64,000 nt of DNA, from positions 11,596,001-11,660,000 of the forward strand of contig NC_058383.1 of NCBI RefSeq assembly GCF_018350175.1, read 5' to 3'. The stretch is from Felis catus (lineage: Eukaryota). Made by a program: the position numbers and the translations under genes. Numbering within the stretch: position 1 is the first letter of the stretch; every line of letters begins with the position of its first letter. Below the pieces are notes generated by a model that searched no databases, was not told the origin of the DNA, and was given only the letters and a program-made list of their open reading frames with translations. This document shows, one piece after another, positions 49,456 to 62,132 of the stretch.

Positions 49456-49712
49456 TTTAAAAGTGATTTAAAAAAGCTGAATGAAATCCTGTAGTTGGGG
49501 GATTCTAAACAGGGTGATCAAGCAGCGATGACTCTTCTCAAATGTTAACATCTTGACTTCTTATCTCTGAGGCTGTTCTGTGTCTCAAAAGAGGAAGTCC
49601 TCCAATCTTCTGTCCCGAGTAGCACTGGCTAGTTGTAGGGGTGCAGTGGGCAGACCAGGAAATAGAAACTTGGTGACTAATATCTATTTTGTAGGCTTTC
49701 ACTTAATTTCCC

Positions 49713-49921
49713 ATTAAAAAAATTTTTATTTATCTTTGAGAGACAGAGACAGAGCGCAAGCAGGGGAAGGGCAGAGAGAGAGGGAGACACAGGATCCGAA
49801 GCAGGCACCAGGCTCTGGGCTGTCAGCACAGAGCCCGACGCGGGGCTCGAACCCACAAACGGTGAGATCATGACCTGAGCTGAAGTCAGACGCCCAGCCG
49901 ACTGAGCCACCCAGGCGCCCC
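49713..49921 (-). mobile_element. Can-SINE
   Basis: Full head, body and tail. Confidence 0.93.
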
Positions 49922-50224
49922 AATTAATTTCTCACTTGTAGTCCAACATTTTTCACTCGTGTTCTCCACCCTGTGTGATGGTCCTACATTTGGAATTACT
50001 CTATTTTGGTTCCTCCGGAGAATAAACTTCCTGTTTTCTGTTTGGCAAAATACCTACTTACCCGCAGGAAGTTTGGGGAGATTCCTGTTCTGTCCCCTGA
50101 ATTTCAACCCACCTACTTATCATCAGCCCCACACCTGGTAGCTGCCTTCTCTTGCCCCGACTGCTGAGCTCCCTCAGAGCTCCAAGGGACGATCAAGAAG
50201 TTTGCTTTGCCCAGTATTCTTGCT

Positions 50225-50990
50225 ATCTTAGCCATGCTAATTGTACGGTTCAGGATCATCGATTGCCTCTACGATGTCGCGTAACGGTTACCACCCTCCA
50301 TTCCCCGAGTTTTTCATCAGCCCAAACAAAAACTCTGTACCCCTTAAGCCATAATTCCTCATGAATTTGCCTATCCTCGCAAGTTTGTCCTTATGAATTT
50401 CCCCCGTGATTTCCTCTTAGACTCATGTTTAAGAGTGTGTGGTTTGTGGGGCACCTGGGTGGCTCAGTCGGTTAAGCGGCCGACTTCGGCTCAGGTCATC
50501 ACCTGACGGTTCGTGGCTTCGAGCCCCGCGTCGGGCTCCGTGCTGACAGCTCGGAGCTTGGCTCCCGCTTCGGATTCTGTGTCTCCCTCTCTCTCTGCCC
50601 CTCCCCTGCTCACGCTCTGTCTCCCTCAAAAATAAACATTAAAAAATTAAAAAAAAAAGTGTGTTGTTTAGTTTACATGTTTGTGAATTTTCATTTCCCT
50701 TCTGTTGTTAATTTCTGGTCTCATTTCATTGTATTCAGAGAAGATGCTTTGTATGCTCTCAGTCTTTCTTAGTTTATTGAGACTTGTTCTGTGCCTGACA
50801 CATGGTCCTTCCTGGAGAATGCTCCATGTGCCCTTGAGAAGAATTACATTCTGCTGTTGGAGGGAAGAATGGTCTGTAGATGCCTGTTGGGTCTGGTGGG
50901 TTTATCGTGGGGTTCAAGTCTTCTCTTGTTGTGGTGTTCCATCCATTATTGAAAGTGGGATCTGGAGGTCTCTTCCTATTATTATAGCAT
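50225..50990 (-). mobile_element. Old LINE-1 remnant: 3' end joined to an ORF2 endonuclease-region fragment
   Basis: aaactctgtacccctt (3' end); tcctggagaatgctccatgtgcccttgagaagaat and tccattattgaaagtggg (antisense ORF2). Confidence 0.75.
50448..50655 (+). mobile_element. Can-SINE
   Basis: Head, body and tail; TSD a(a/g)agtgtgt(g/t)gttt. Confidence 0.93.
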
Positions 50991-51006
50991 CCTTGGATTT
51001 TATGAC

Positions 51007-51307
51007 CTTTCCTTTCCTTTCCTTTCCTTTCCTTTCCTTTCCTTTCCTTTCCTTTCCTTTCCTTTCCTTTCCTTTCCTTTCCTTCCCTTCCCTTCCCTTC
51101 CCTTCCCTTCCCTTCCCTTCCCTTCCCTTCCCCTCCCCTCCCCTCCCCTCCCCTCCCCTCCCCTCCCCTCCCCTCCCTTCCCCTCCCTTCCCCTCCCCTC
51201 CCTTCCCTTTCTTTTCCTCTCTTCTCCTCTCCTCTCCTCTCCTCTCCTCTCCTCTCCTCTCCTCTCCTCTCCTCTCCTCTATTCTCCTCTCTTCTCCTCT
51301 CCTCTCT
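51007..51307. repeat. Compound pentanucleotide repeat (CCTTT)n-(CCCTT)n-(CCCCT)n-(CTCCT)n
   Basis: Direct reading. Confidence 0.95.
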
Positions 51308-51850
51308 GAGGGATTAGAAAGACAAATATTCTGGGTCAATTATTCAGGTCTAATTAGACCCGCATAGTGCTTTATTCTATATAAAAAAACGGAAATGAAT
51401 ATTTTAAAGGATCGACTATACAGAAAGGACTGCATTAGTTTCTTCCACAATTATTTCACCAAACTCTTTCTGAGACCCTTTGAAATAAGTATCGTGGCTA
51501 TTATTTTATAGATGAAACAGCTGAAAGCCAAGTTTCTCAGGAGCCTTGCCCAAGATGACACGCTAGTAAAAGGCAGACCCGAAACTCACACTCTGGTCTG
51601 TCTCATTCTGAAGTAACTCCCTTGCATGACCTCCCGTTCCCTTGAACGTTCTTTGTTTCCACTTTATCTCACGGGAGCCTCAAACTTCCTTTGAGTTGGA
51701 TAAGTCCTGATGCTTTGACTATTGCTTCCTCGACAAACGAGGAAGCTGAGGCCAAAAACGTTAAATAACATTTATGAACCTATAGTGAGGTTTGATGGTA
51801 AAGCCAGAGCTATCACCAACCTCCCTCGAGTCTGAATCTCAGGCTCTTTT

Positions 51851-52067
51851 GGGGCGCCTGGGTGGCGCAGTCGGTTAAGCGTCCGACTTCAGCCAGGTCA
51901 CGATCTCGCGGTCCGTGAGTTCGAGCCCCGCGTCAGGCTCTGGGCTGATGGCTCGGAGCCTGGAGCCTGTTTCCGATTCTGTGTCTCCCTCTCTCTCTGC
52001 CCCTCCCCCGTTCATGCTCTGTCTCTCTCTGTCCCAAAAATAAATAAACGTTGAAAAAAAAATTTTT
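51851..52067 (+). mobile_element. Can-SINE, young felid subfamily
   Basis: TSD tgaatctcaggctcttt. Confidence 0.96.
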
Positions 52068-53838
52068 TGAATCTCAGGCTCTTTCTCTGACGATACTTAA
52101 ATCCCGGGTCCGAGGAAAACCCAAGCAGCGGATGTTATCCCAGTTTTAATTTGTGCCAAGATCCAAAGACGGGCTTTCTTATCCCAAAGAAACAGCCAAA
52201 CGCAGATACGTATGGAATGAAATGGAAACATAAATGACATTTTCTATTAAAAAATGAACACGTGTATGCAGTGGGAGCACCAGAGGCTTTGGGACCCTAA
52301 CACATTAACGACAAAGACCGTCCTTTAAACAAACCTACTGACCCCTTACTCTCCCTGCCCGCGCCCCCCCCCCCCCCCCCACCACCCCAGTCCGTGATCT
52401 CAGACCCAATAGGGCATCTTGAAGCTTCCCTGGTAGATCTCTGTACTGGCTGTGGGCGGCACACTCCTCTTCCCTCAGTTTAAACTGACTTTGGGGGAGT
52501 CCCCCCGTCAGCAGGCGGCCGAAGCCTCTGTCTCTGTCCTTCTCCCAGTGCATGCTGCCAATCCTAATGGGGAAATGATCAGCTCCTGCCTTCCCCTGTC
52601 TCTCCCGATTAGCATCACGGGTGCCTTCCGCCCTGGGGACCAGACTCAGTGTGTTCCTGAGCCAGCCCTGACCGGTGCAAAAGCTGGCCGGCAACCTCGG
52701 CCCCGCCAGAGGGACAAGGGCCTGGAATTATTCAGAAATAAGTGAGAGTCCTGCCTTTCTCCAGGAACCCTGCAGTCCGCCATGGGGCTGGAGCTCTCCA
52801 CTCTGTCCTCCCTGGTTTTCGACCGCCACCTCCTGCGGGGGCTGAAGCCTCCTCCCTCTCGTTCCCAGATCCCAGATGGCTCCCACTGTCAGGAGGGAGA
52901 CTGCCTTTTGTGCTTGTTCAGAAACCTGACCAGCCTGCTTGTTTGAACGGCTTTGTGGACCTCTTGCCTGAACCACCCTGTAGCGCATCCATCTCTCTGT
53001 GCTGCCGTGTGGATTGGATAATCCAACATATTGGCCTTAGACCCGGGCAAGTGGCCTTTGTCCTGCTCACAAAGTCTGTGGACTCCCACCAGGGCTGTCC
53101 TCCAGCCAGGGGTTCCCCTAGGGGCAGGAAGCCACCTGGTCAAAGGGCTAGAGCCCACACCTTCTCCTTCTAGACCTTGTCCAGATACTTGAGATGCAAG
53201 AACCCTTTGCCTCATCAGCTATGATCCTGTTTTCAGGGCCTTTGTCGGGTTCTCCCTTGTGGGCCGCCATTTTATGCACAGCTCTGGGCTTGGGGCTCAG
53301 CCGAAAGGTAGCTCTTCGCGTGGGGTGTGGGCAGAGTTCGGACATGCGTGAGTGTGTAAGGCCTCTTGCACAGCAGGACACAACTTGGAAGGGAGGAACG
53401 AGTCAGGCGGGGGTTAGGGGCGAGGAGCTCCATAATGCCACATTCGTCACAGAACGTAGAGGAAGGCCAAGAATTCTCCACTGTGGTTTGGCTCTTTGGG
53501 CTGTTGTGAAGGTCTACTTGTCAAAGAGGAGATACGGAATAGAACCCATTTTATTGGGCTGTCTGTTAGCTCAACTTATAACTTGTTAATATTTTTTTCT
53601 GCGTGGACTTCTCTTACCCTGGACCCCACAGGAGTCACAGGTGGGTCCGGGCTCAGCCTTTGTCCTATTCAGTCCCAGCTTCGTCACTGTCACTTGTTCA
53701 TGTTCTTCAGACACCATATGTCTCATGCTTGGGACAAGCCACAGTGTGACATAAATAGCACTTCAGCCTTACAGGAGGTAGAGAGAAGCAAACCACATTT
53801 AGAGAAATTAGAATATGCTAGTAAAAATCACAGGGACT

Positions 53839-54068
53839 GGGGCGCCTCGGTGGCTCAGTCGTTAAGTGTCCGACTTCAGCTCAGGTCACGATCTCACAGT
53901 TCGTGCGTTCGAGCCCCACGTCGGGCTCTGGGCTGACAGCTCAGGGCCTGGAGCCTGCTTCGGATTCTATGTCTTCCTCTCTCTCTGCCCCTCCCCTGCT
54001 CGTGCTTGTGCTCTGTCTCCCTCTGTCTCTCGAAAACAAATAAATGTTAAAAAAAAAAATTTTTTTTT
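53839..54068 (+). mobile_element. Can-SINE
   Basis: TSD tcacagggact. Confidence 0.93.
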
Positions 54069-55564
54069 AACTCACAGGGACTTTAGAAACCAGGAAACCT
54101 AAATCCCAGATTGACCAGCAACTAATTTGATTTTTTCAAGCCCTAATTTCCTCTTTTGATACGTGGGGGACACAGTCTTTACTTTAAGGTTGATGAGGAT
54201 TGAATAAAATGTACCAGTCCAGAGTCTTGCTCCGTGCCTGGCCTATAGTCAACACTCGGGAAACAAGCCTCTCTCTCCTGCTGATTTTGAAAGGTTTCAT
54301 TCGCCTTGAACAAGATGAGCTCACGGTCTTTTCCAGCACGTTGCGTGGAAAAGACATTTGCTACTGCAGCCTGACATCTATCCCCAGAATGATCCTTCCC
54401 ATCACCATCCGGTCCATTCTTGGACACCTGCCTTCCCCCCTCTGGTTTCCCAAGCTGTCCGCTCATCAGCTTTGGAAGGTGGTTTTTCCAGCCTCACGGG
54501 CTGCTTCCATTTTTGCTTCACCCTTGTTTGCAGTGATTATCCAGGATTTTGTCTTTGTTCCCTTTGCCATGAGCTTTCCCCATGAGCAGTCCTGGGATGT
54601 GTAGTCTAAGGCATTCAGATTGACCGTCCTCCCTCTCAGGCTCCGGCTGTCGTGTCAGGTCTGGGCGTGGGTACCACCCGTGGTTGAATGATTAAGTCCT
54701 TTGCAGTGCCCAGAAGTGAAAGTAAGGAACTTCGTGCTTAGAAAACTTCCAGGCAAGCGACACTGTAACTCCTCCAAGTCTTTGTTATAAGTTGGTGTGA
54801 TACAGGTTTCTTGGCAAAGTTGGATGTTTAAAATTCTAACTTGGGTTAGTTCAACTGAAAGAGAAGACATTTTAGCCTATAAATAGAGTTCTATAACCAA
54901 ATCCTTGGAAGGATCCTGGCTGCATATATGTAGAGGAAATATAAAGAGGTGAACATTTGGCAGGGAGAAAATCTAGGATGACTGGAATTACTAGAACCTT
55001 CTAGCTAGGAAATTCTCTCATAGGCTACGGCCTCACAAAATGGCGCCCCACCCACCCAGCTGCCCAAGGAAGAAGGAAGCCTGGACCCATTCTTGCCTTT
55101 GTCTTTTCCATGCCGATAAAGGCTTGAGTGCGGGTAGTTTATCTGGGCAATGATGGCACGAAATAAGAGCGAGGGGCTCATGGAGAAGGTTGGAAAACAA
55201 ACTCGAGGATGAGTGATGGAGTTGGCGGCCATCATGGAAGATGGAGCCTGACCGCCCGATCTAGGGACAAGAAGAGCTTGCACCTCTGCAAGTAAATCCT
55301 TTACGCAACTCAAGATTTTCCAGTGTGACTTTGTCCCCTGCTTCCTGCCTGGATGCCAGTTATCACAGACTGGATTGGGTGGGGGCATTTAGGGAGTTCT
55401 GGTCACCCGGTTTGGGAGCCTCAAATCTCGAGCAGGGGACAAAGTCATATGGGTGAAGATGGCAGGTCCCCAGCCCCAGCAGGTTGGAACTCAGAATCGG
55501 AATCCACGCCCTGTAAGGTAGCTTTATGAAATACAGTTCCCAACTGGGGGTGGCTTGGGACTGA

Positions 55565-55915
55565 GTGTTGGCCGCTTTCCAGTTACTGTTCCTTCCTCCT
55601 CTGCCCTGCTATCTCTGTGTCCCAGAAGCTGTCTCCCCCTCTGGCTTCTGGTTGAGTTCAACCCAGGGCAGGAGGGGCAGGAGGCTCAGGGGTTTAATCT
55701 CCCAGTTTCCTTCCTTTGAGGTTCCCGTGACCTGGCTGCATCCCTGCCTGAAATGCCCCGGCCTCATCAATCAGTCCCCTCTCTCTCTTTCTGGGCTCTG
55801 GGAAGCCCACCCTCTTCCTGTCCCTGCCGCCCCAGGGCGGTGACAGCTAGTACTCTTATCAATGGCTCCTCTCACTAAACTTCCCTCCAATTTCCTAGGT
55901 TGAATGTGCCATCTA
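55565..55915 (+). mobile_element. Old ERV-L-class LTR (LTR33-like)
   Basis: ccctctggcttctggttgagttc...tggctgcatccct...cactaaacttccctccaatt...gttgaatgtgccatct. Confidence 0.55.
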
Positions 55916-57280
55916 GATCCCGAGCCCCGCTGTGGGTAAACTGGGTTTCACACTCGGGAACAGTCCCGGAGGGGAGGTAGGTCCAGGAGGCAGCCAAGAA
56001 CTCACAGGAGAATCGGCCGGCCTGGCACTTGGGCACCAGATGCTCAGTTCCCTCCAGAAATTCACACCTAGGCTGGGGAGCGACAGACTGTGTCCAGACC
56101 CCACTTTCTAGAGGGGCATGTACTCCTAACGCACCCTTGAGCTAGACCCCCATGGCTCGGGGCATCCTGCGAAGTAGGGTTGACAGAGCAGGCACCACAG
56201 CCAGGTGGGCTCCCGGGTTCCCTTACAAGCAGGTGCCCAGGTAGCTGTCGCACAGAAGATGGAAACAGATGTGCAATGAGCAAAGCGTCATCACGGGTCA
56301 GGTGCTTTAGCCGTATTCTCATTCGCTCTCTGTAGCTGCCCTTGACACTGCTCTGGTCATCCCTGTTGTATGGATGAGGACCACGAGGCTTCAGAAGGTT
56401 CAGGAAGTTCCCCTACATCACACAGACAGGACTCGCACTGATGCTCTATACGCACCGACTCACTCCTCCCCAGTACAGGGGGGAGGGGGGGGGAAACGCA
56501 GCGGTCTGTGCAGGTAACCCTGTTGAATGTTGTTCTCCCTCCCCGCCCCCGGCCCCCCTCCAGCCAAGTCTCACTAATGTTGATCTGCAGGGTAATTTTC
56601 TTGTCAACTGTATAATTAATGGGCCGCACACGACAGTGGCCCTCTGTTATTCTGCTTCTCGAAGATATATTTCAAAATGAATAGCTGTTTAACCAATCAC
56701 TTGGCGGACGTATTACCCTTAGGTGTTTCTGTCAGTCAGCGTGTTCACACATCGAGCCTGAAGGAGGCAGAATCAATTTGGGTATCTGCTCTGGGAACGT
56801 GGAAGCAGGCACAAATTAGAAATTCTGGGAATATCAGAACTTGTCGCCTATTAGCACCGCACGGAGCGCGGATCGCCCTTGCAGCCTCCTTGGCCTGGCG
56901 CTCCAGCGCTCCGGCTTGTCTGCCACTTTTAATCAAGTGGGAAGAGGTCTTTTGTAGTAGCTCTAAGATAATGTCTGCACAGCGTGTCTCTTCCTTCCCG
57001 GCAACCCGAGCATTTACTTTGCAGCTTCCTCCACAAAGGCTTAGGGCGGTAGTCTTGCACCATTTTAAAACCTCTGCTGGCCTGGGAATGAACAGGCCGT
57101 GCGTTGGTCCGAAAACAAAACGGTGCCGCATTCAAAGGGTGCTTCGGGGTGTCTTTACGCCTTTATGGGAAGATCCTCCCCGATGTTGGGGGGGGGGATG
57201 ACTGAAGTATTCGGATGACGTGGTAATGTCTGAGAACCGACCGTCCCAGTTGACCTGGCCCCTTCCCCTGCCCAACAGTG

Positions 57281-57497
57281 ATTTTTTTTTCATTTTTAAG
57301 TTTATTTATTTATTTAGAGAGAGACAGAGCAAGTGGGGGAGGGGCAGAGGGAGAGGGAGAGAGAGGGAGAGCCCAGGCAGGCTCCGCACTGTCGGCACAG
57401 AGCCTGACGTGGGGCTCAGTCCCACACACCATAAGATCATGACCTGAGCCCAAACCAAGAGGCAGACACGTAAGTGACCGAGTCACCCAGGCGCCCC
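57281..57497 (-). mobile_element. Can-SINE
   Basis: Full head, body and tail. Confidence 0.92.
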
Positions 57498-60134
57498 TGC
57501 CTGCCAGTGTTCGAAGAGGCCGAGATACTTGTAGAAACATTGCTGGTGGCCAGTCCTTGGCCTACGCCGGAGGTCAACTGTCGGCGTTGGAAACGTCCGG
57601 AGTCCCTCGGAGCAACTCTCAACCTACGAGTGGTGCACATTGGCGAATAAACAGTCCAGCCTCCACAGCGCTCGGTGGGACAGTTACGAGGGGGACCCAC
57701 ACGGCTTTCCGAAGGGCTCCCCTGGGAGTGAGCCCAGCTGCCTCCAGTCGGAAGCTGTTGATTCACAGCCCCACTTGGCATATGTGAAAGCAGAGGTTTT
57801 GAGAAGATTGTTGGTCATTCTTCTAACACGCCATTCACACAGAGTGAATGTGTCTCACCTCGCCCCTTTTGGCCCCCTTTTACCTCGGCCATTGCCGCCC
57901 AAATTCAGCTTCACGCAGGTGGTCTGACAGCTCCTTGTCTCGTCCGAACCGTGAATCACGCTCTTTCTGCTTCATATTTTCTCAGAGGCCGTGGACTGAA
58001 CACCAGTGGGAACCTTCTTAGCATCTAACATGCTCACTTTCCAAATGTGGGGGAACTCTCGTCCTCTGGGCCAACCCCTGTGGACAGGAGACAGACACCC
58101 ATTTACCGATGGGTGAACACTCCCCTCTTCCGCCCAACTAACTGGTGGATATGCTATGGGACTAAGACAGCCCAGAAGGACCAAGGCCCGGGAGCCCTTG
58201 GAAGTGACCAGCTCACGAGTGGACATCCCTAACCGCTCTCCCTCCTTTCTTGAGTAATGCTCCAGTCCTCTGCTTCTGAGTCCCTTCACACCCACACCAC
58301 ACCAAGCCCTACCTGGACAGTGGTCGTGTGAGGTTGTGCTCTCTGGAGGAAGCCAGGCAAAACAGTCGATACCGGAAACATCCCTAGAAAGCAGACCCTT
58401 AGGATGGGATTTGGAAACCGGACCTCAGCGGGCCCCACTTCAGGGGAAGGGGGGTGTTGCTGACCCCTGGCCCATAGAGTCTCACAGTGACCGAGTTCCT
58501 CAGTGATGGCAGATAGAGAGTGCTGGCTTGCCTCGAACAGGGGACGTTGACAGGTATGGGGACAATTGTCAGGGCAGAGCCTCTGGAGTTCACTGCCCCT
58601 GGTTAATGGCCTTCGAAGCCTTGAAGAAACAGAAGGAAAGGCTCAGACCCGTCAGCCATGTACTCAGGGCACACTGTGGGTGTCAGAAAGTCTCTGTGGA
58701 AGCGTTTAGAGAGCTCTGCGTGTCCTTTAGCTAAAGGACAATCTGGGCCGAAAATTAGGCCCGGGATCTAATTTTCAGCACAGAGATTGAAAAAAACACT
58801 GGATGCATAGCTTTACTAGGTCTCCCACATCAAAAAGGGCCTTAATAAGGAAGCACTGGCACCCCGAGAACAGGGATGGGGATTTTTGTTGGTAGCCTGA
58901 GAAGCTCAGGGCTGGGTTCAGAAACTGTTCTCTCCCTTGAATAGAGAAGAACCATCTCCCCTTGCTCTGAGGTCTGAAGAAGTCAGCTGGCAAGATGATG
59001 CTTGCTCACCTTATGACTCCCCCCTGCGTCCCTGCATTGACCCCAGAACGATCACGAGGGTCAGGCCACGCAAGAGCACAGCCACTCTTGCTCTGGAAGG
59101 AAATGGCATAGTCACCGTTGCAAGATTGCCAGACTTGGCAAATATGCGCCGGGAAAAATCACGGGAGGAGCTGGGCCAAAGGAGAAGTGAATTCTGCAAC
59201 ACGAGGAGGTGGTGTGGACAGATATCTTGCTGCTCGGGCCGTATCCCCCAGCAGGTTTGACCCTGCTACGGACACCCATCCGTGCCAATCAGCGCGTCAG
59301 AGTGCCGACCCCTTGGAGTCCAGAGCATTCTGAAGCAAGGCCGTGCCTTCCGTGGCAGAGGCCTGCCTGCTGTTGGAACATCCTCTCCAGGCATGTCGTG
59401 CTTGAGGAGAGACTGCATGACCATGGGCCATCGTGGCACTAGGAGGACAAAGTTGCCATTAGCGAGGTGTCTGCCAATGTGCTTGAGTCACAAGAGGGAG
59501 TGGGCGGAGCAACAGCTGATTGTGTGATGGAAATGGGACATTTAGAACTGGATCTGAACAATTCCCAAGGGCACAGATGAGAAACAAGAACAGATGGTCT
59601 AGACTTTCACGTTAAGTACCTCTCTAGGACGAATGCCTCTCCTTGAACTTACACTTAGGGCTTCGTGGTGTTCCAACTGATCCTCTGATAGAGGGGACAT
59701 TCAGCCATGGTTCAGGGATGGGTTCCTATGAGTATAATTATGATAATTCCAGGGTTACACAGAGATACGTATATTAGATGAACATGTACAGATATTAATA
59801 TCACATATTAACATATAGATGATAATATTGAATACATTCATCCTCATGGAAATGTACCGTTACACACCAGAGTATCCCCGAAGGACAGAATGTAAAGCAG
59901 ATGTTTCCAAGGGACAGAGCTATGACTAGTACTTTGTACTTTGTCACCGTACGCGTTTCATGAAAGGGGAAAAGACTGAAAGACTGGAGAGGAGGATGTT
60001 TAAGACAGAGGCAGGTGGATAAATGCATCGGAAGGAACACAAAGTGGGTTAAACTGTGTGTCTCATTTTCATGTTCAGCAGAGAGCGTACTCCTCACGGC
60101 GGTCCCTCAGTGACCCGATGGATAGGATGGTTCG

Positions 60135-60590
60135 TTGGCGGAGGCTAGCCATTCTCTCTCCCAGGCCACTTTGGTGCCTGTACAGTGGGCTGCAAGGGTG
60201 GTCATGGGAGAAGGGATGGAGGTTACACATTGGCCTAAGGCTGATCTAGCTGCCGCCATTCCTGAATACCCAACTTGCTGGCAGTGGAGACCGACTGTGA
60301 GCGGTCATCATGGGGCCATCCATGAGGCGACCGACCAGCCATTCGGTGGCAGGTTGATAAGTTGGTCTTCATCCTAGAGCTGGCAGCTTTTTGTCTTCAT
60401 TTGAATTGCCACTTCTTCCAGATATGGTCTGTCTTCCCTGTGTTTGGTTCCTCTGCCAATGCCACCATAATAGCGCCTGATTTACTGACCCGGATTATCC
60501 CCAAATTGGCTTCAAACCAAGGGACCTATTTTAGGACCGAGGAGGTGTGACCACGAGTGCATGGCCACAGGATCTACTGGTCCTATCATA
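60135..60590 (+). pseudogene. ERV-L integrase remnant, frameshifted
   Basis: ORF-track peptides SHSLSQATLVPVQWA, KADLAAAIPEYPTCWQWRPTVS and LASNQGTYFRTEEV align by eye to recalled HERV-L integrase (SQPLSPATPVIAQWA, KADLATATAECPICQQQRPTLS, IASDQGTHFTAKEV). Confidence 0.75.
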
Positions 60591-60859
60591 GACCACATTG
60601 ACCCCCAACGGCCACGATACAATAGAAGAATGGTCTGTCAAAGTCTTGGCAATTGTGCCAGCTCGAGTGGGCAAAAATCCTGTGGGGGTGGGGCGCTCGT
60701 CCTCCCTCCAGGATGCATTGTATGCATTGAACCGACAGCCAATAATGTCATATTAACTATAGTACGATGCAGTTCTTGGTCAGGAACAAAGCAGGGGAAG
60801 TAGGTTTGGTTTCTGTCACCGTCACAGGTAGTAACGCATCTAAAAAAGATATTCTTCTT

Positions 60860-61095
60860 ATCTCTGAAACCTTAGGTTCTGCTGGAATAGAGGTCCTGCT
60901 CTCCAAGGAGGAACATCTGCCACGAGGGGACACGGTAAGAACTCCACCGAACGTGGACCTGTGACCTCCACCTGGTCATAGTGGGCTCCTCGTTTGTGTA
61001 ACCCAGTAGGCAAAGAAAGGACTTATTTTAGAAGAAATCATTTCCCTGACCACCATGAGGAATTAGGGGTGTGGCGACACAGTCATGGCAGAAAG
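60860..61095 (+). pseudogene. ERV-L dUTPase remnant
   Basis: TLGSAGIEVLLSKEEHLPRGDT resembles recalled HERV-L TLCSAGLEVLVPEGGMLPPGDT; lies downstream of integrase as expected for ERV-L; stop at 60964. Confidence 0.7.
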
Positions 61096-61630
61096 TCATC
61101 CATAACGCTGTCCTCCCCAAAGGAGCCCCAGAACAGCTGGAAAGGGACAACAACAGCCACACAGTTCAGGAAAGGCAAAGCCAATAAAAACCCAGACCCC
61201 TTGCAGAAGAAGAGCTGGGTCACCCATTTAGTAAGTACCCCGGACTTGCCAAAGTGTCGGCCAAAGCCAAGAAGGTCCAGAAGAGCAATAAGTAAGAGAT
61301 ATGAGGATCTGTTCTACCCTTGTGCTACCCCAATTGTGGTAGCAAAGATTTTAGTTTAGTCCATGAACCTGCTACAAGGTGTGTTTTGTGGAGATTGCTG
61401 CCAGCCATTCACCACCTTGAACGACTCTGTGTCAGACTTCATGGTGAGCTTGAGCAGATCATAGTAATGGAAGCATTGGGCGCTACTGGGTCCAATGCTC
61501 TCCTCTACTGTCAGATAAACAGTCCCGAAGGTCATTCTGCATAATTCCTCAGAGAATTCCAGTAGGGTTGACCTCCAATTCCCCATCGCAGTGGCTGGCT
61601 TGATAATTCACCCTTGTCTTGACTTTTTTT

Positions 61631-62132
61631 TGTATCCGTTAGCTTCTGCCGTATAACAAGCCATTCCAAACTTTGCTAATTTAAGATACAAAACAAACAA
61701 ACAAACATTCATTTGGCTTTATAAATCAACGTGTCAGTTTGGGTAGTTCTGATTCACTGGGCTGGGCTGGGCTGATCTCAGCTGGGCTTGCTCACACATC
61801 GGGGGTATTCTAGAGTGGCCTTTGCTGGGATGTCATTGTAGTTTTTTGGTCCTCCAGCAGGCTAGCCTGGGCTTCTTCACACGGAGGATAGAGAGTCCCA
61901 GAGAGAACACCAGGAAACGTCCAAAACCTGTCGATGCCTAGGCTGGAACTGGTATGGTGTCACTTCTCACACATTCTGTTGGCCAAGGAACATCACAAGG
62001 TTAGTCCAGATTCAAGGGATGGGGAAGCCTAATCTATCTCTTGATGAGGGGTAGCCACAAAGTCACATTGTAGAAGCACGCAGATATGGGGAGGGAAACC
62101 GTGGAGAAGAATTTTGCAAATATTCTGCCATA
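61631..62132 (-). mobile_element. MaLR LTR (MLT1H-like)
   Basis: gatctcagctgggcttgctcac...ctccagcaggctagcctgggcttcttcac...cattctgttggccaagg...ccagattcaagggatgggga. Confidence 0.8.

Larger units (their letters stand above)
58290..61630 (+). mobile_element. Degenerate, internally deleted ERV-L provirus (HERV16/LTR16-like): LTR end, gag, partial pol, integrase, dUTPase, 3' LTR
   Basis: LTR end ...caaaaCA at 58364 followed by leader ctagaaagcagacccttaggatgggat; peptide remnants KADLAAAIPEYPTCWQWRPT, IPKLASNQGTYFRTEEV and TLGSAGIEVLLSKEEHLPRGDT; LTR16-like 61500-61630. Confidence 0.8.

Noticed and set aside
50705..51367. 220-aa ORF
   Set aside because: Antisense L1 remnant plus a pentamer repeat; not a gene
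6846..57540. Recurrent similar short ORFs (WVAQSVKRPTSAQVMIS..., GAPGWLSRLSVRL...)
   Set aside because: Translations of Can-SINE copies, not a gene family
19760..61630. Idea that the RT fragment at 19.8-21.1 kb is the piece missing from the 58-61 kb provirus
   Set aside because: Both appear to contain the same late-RT/tether stretch (~21000-21150 and ~59220-59345), so they overlap in consensus coordinates and are likely independent insertions
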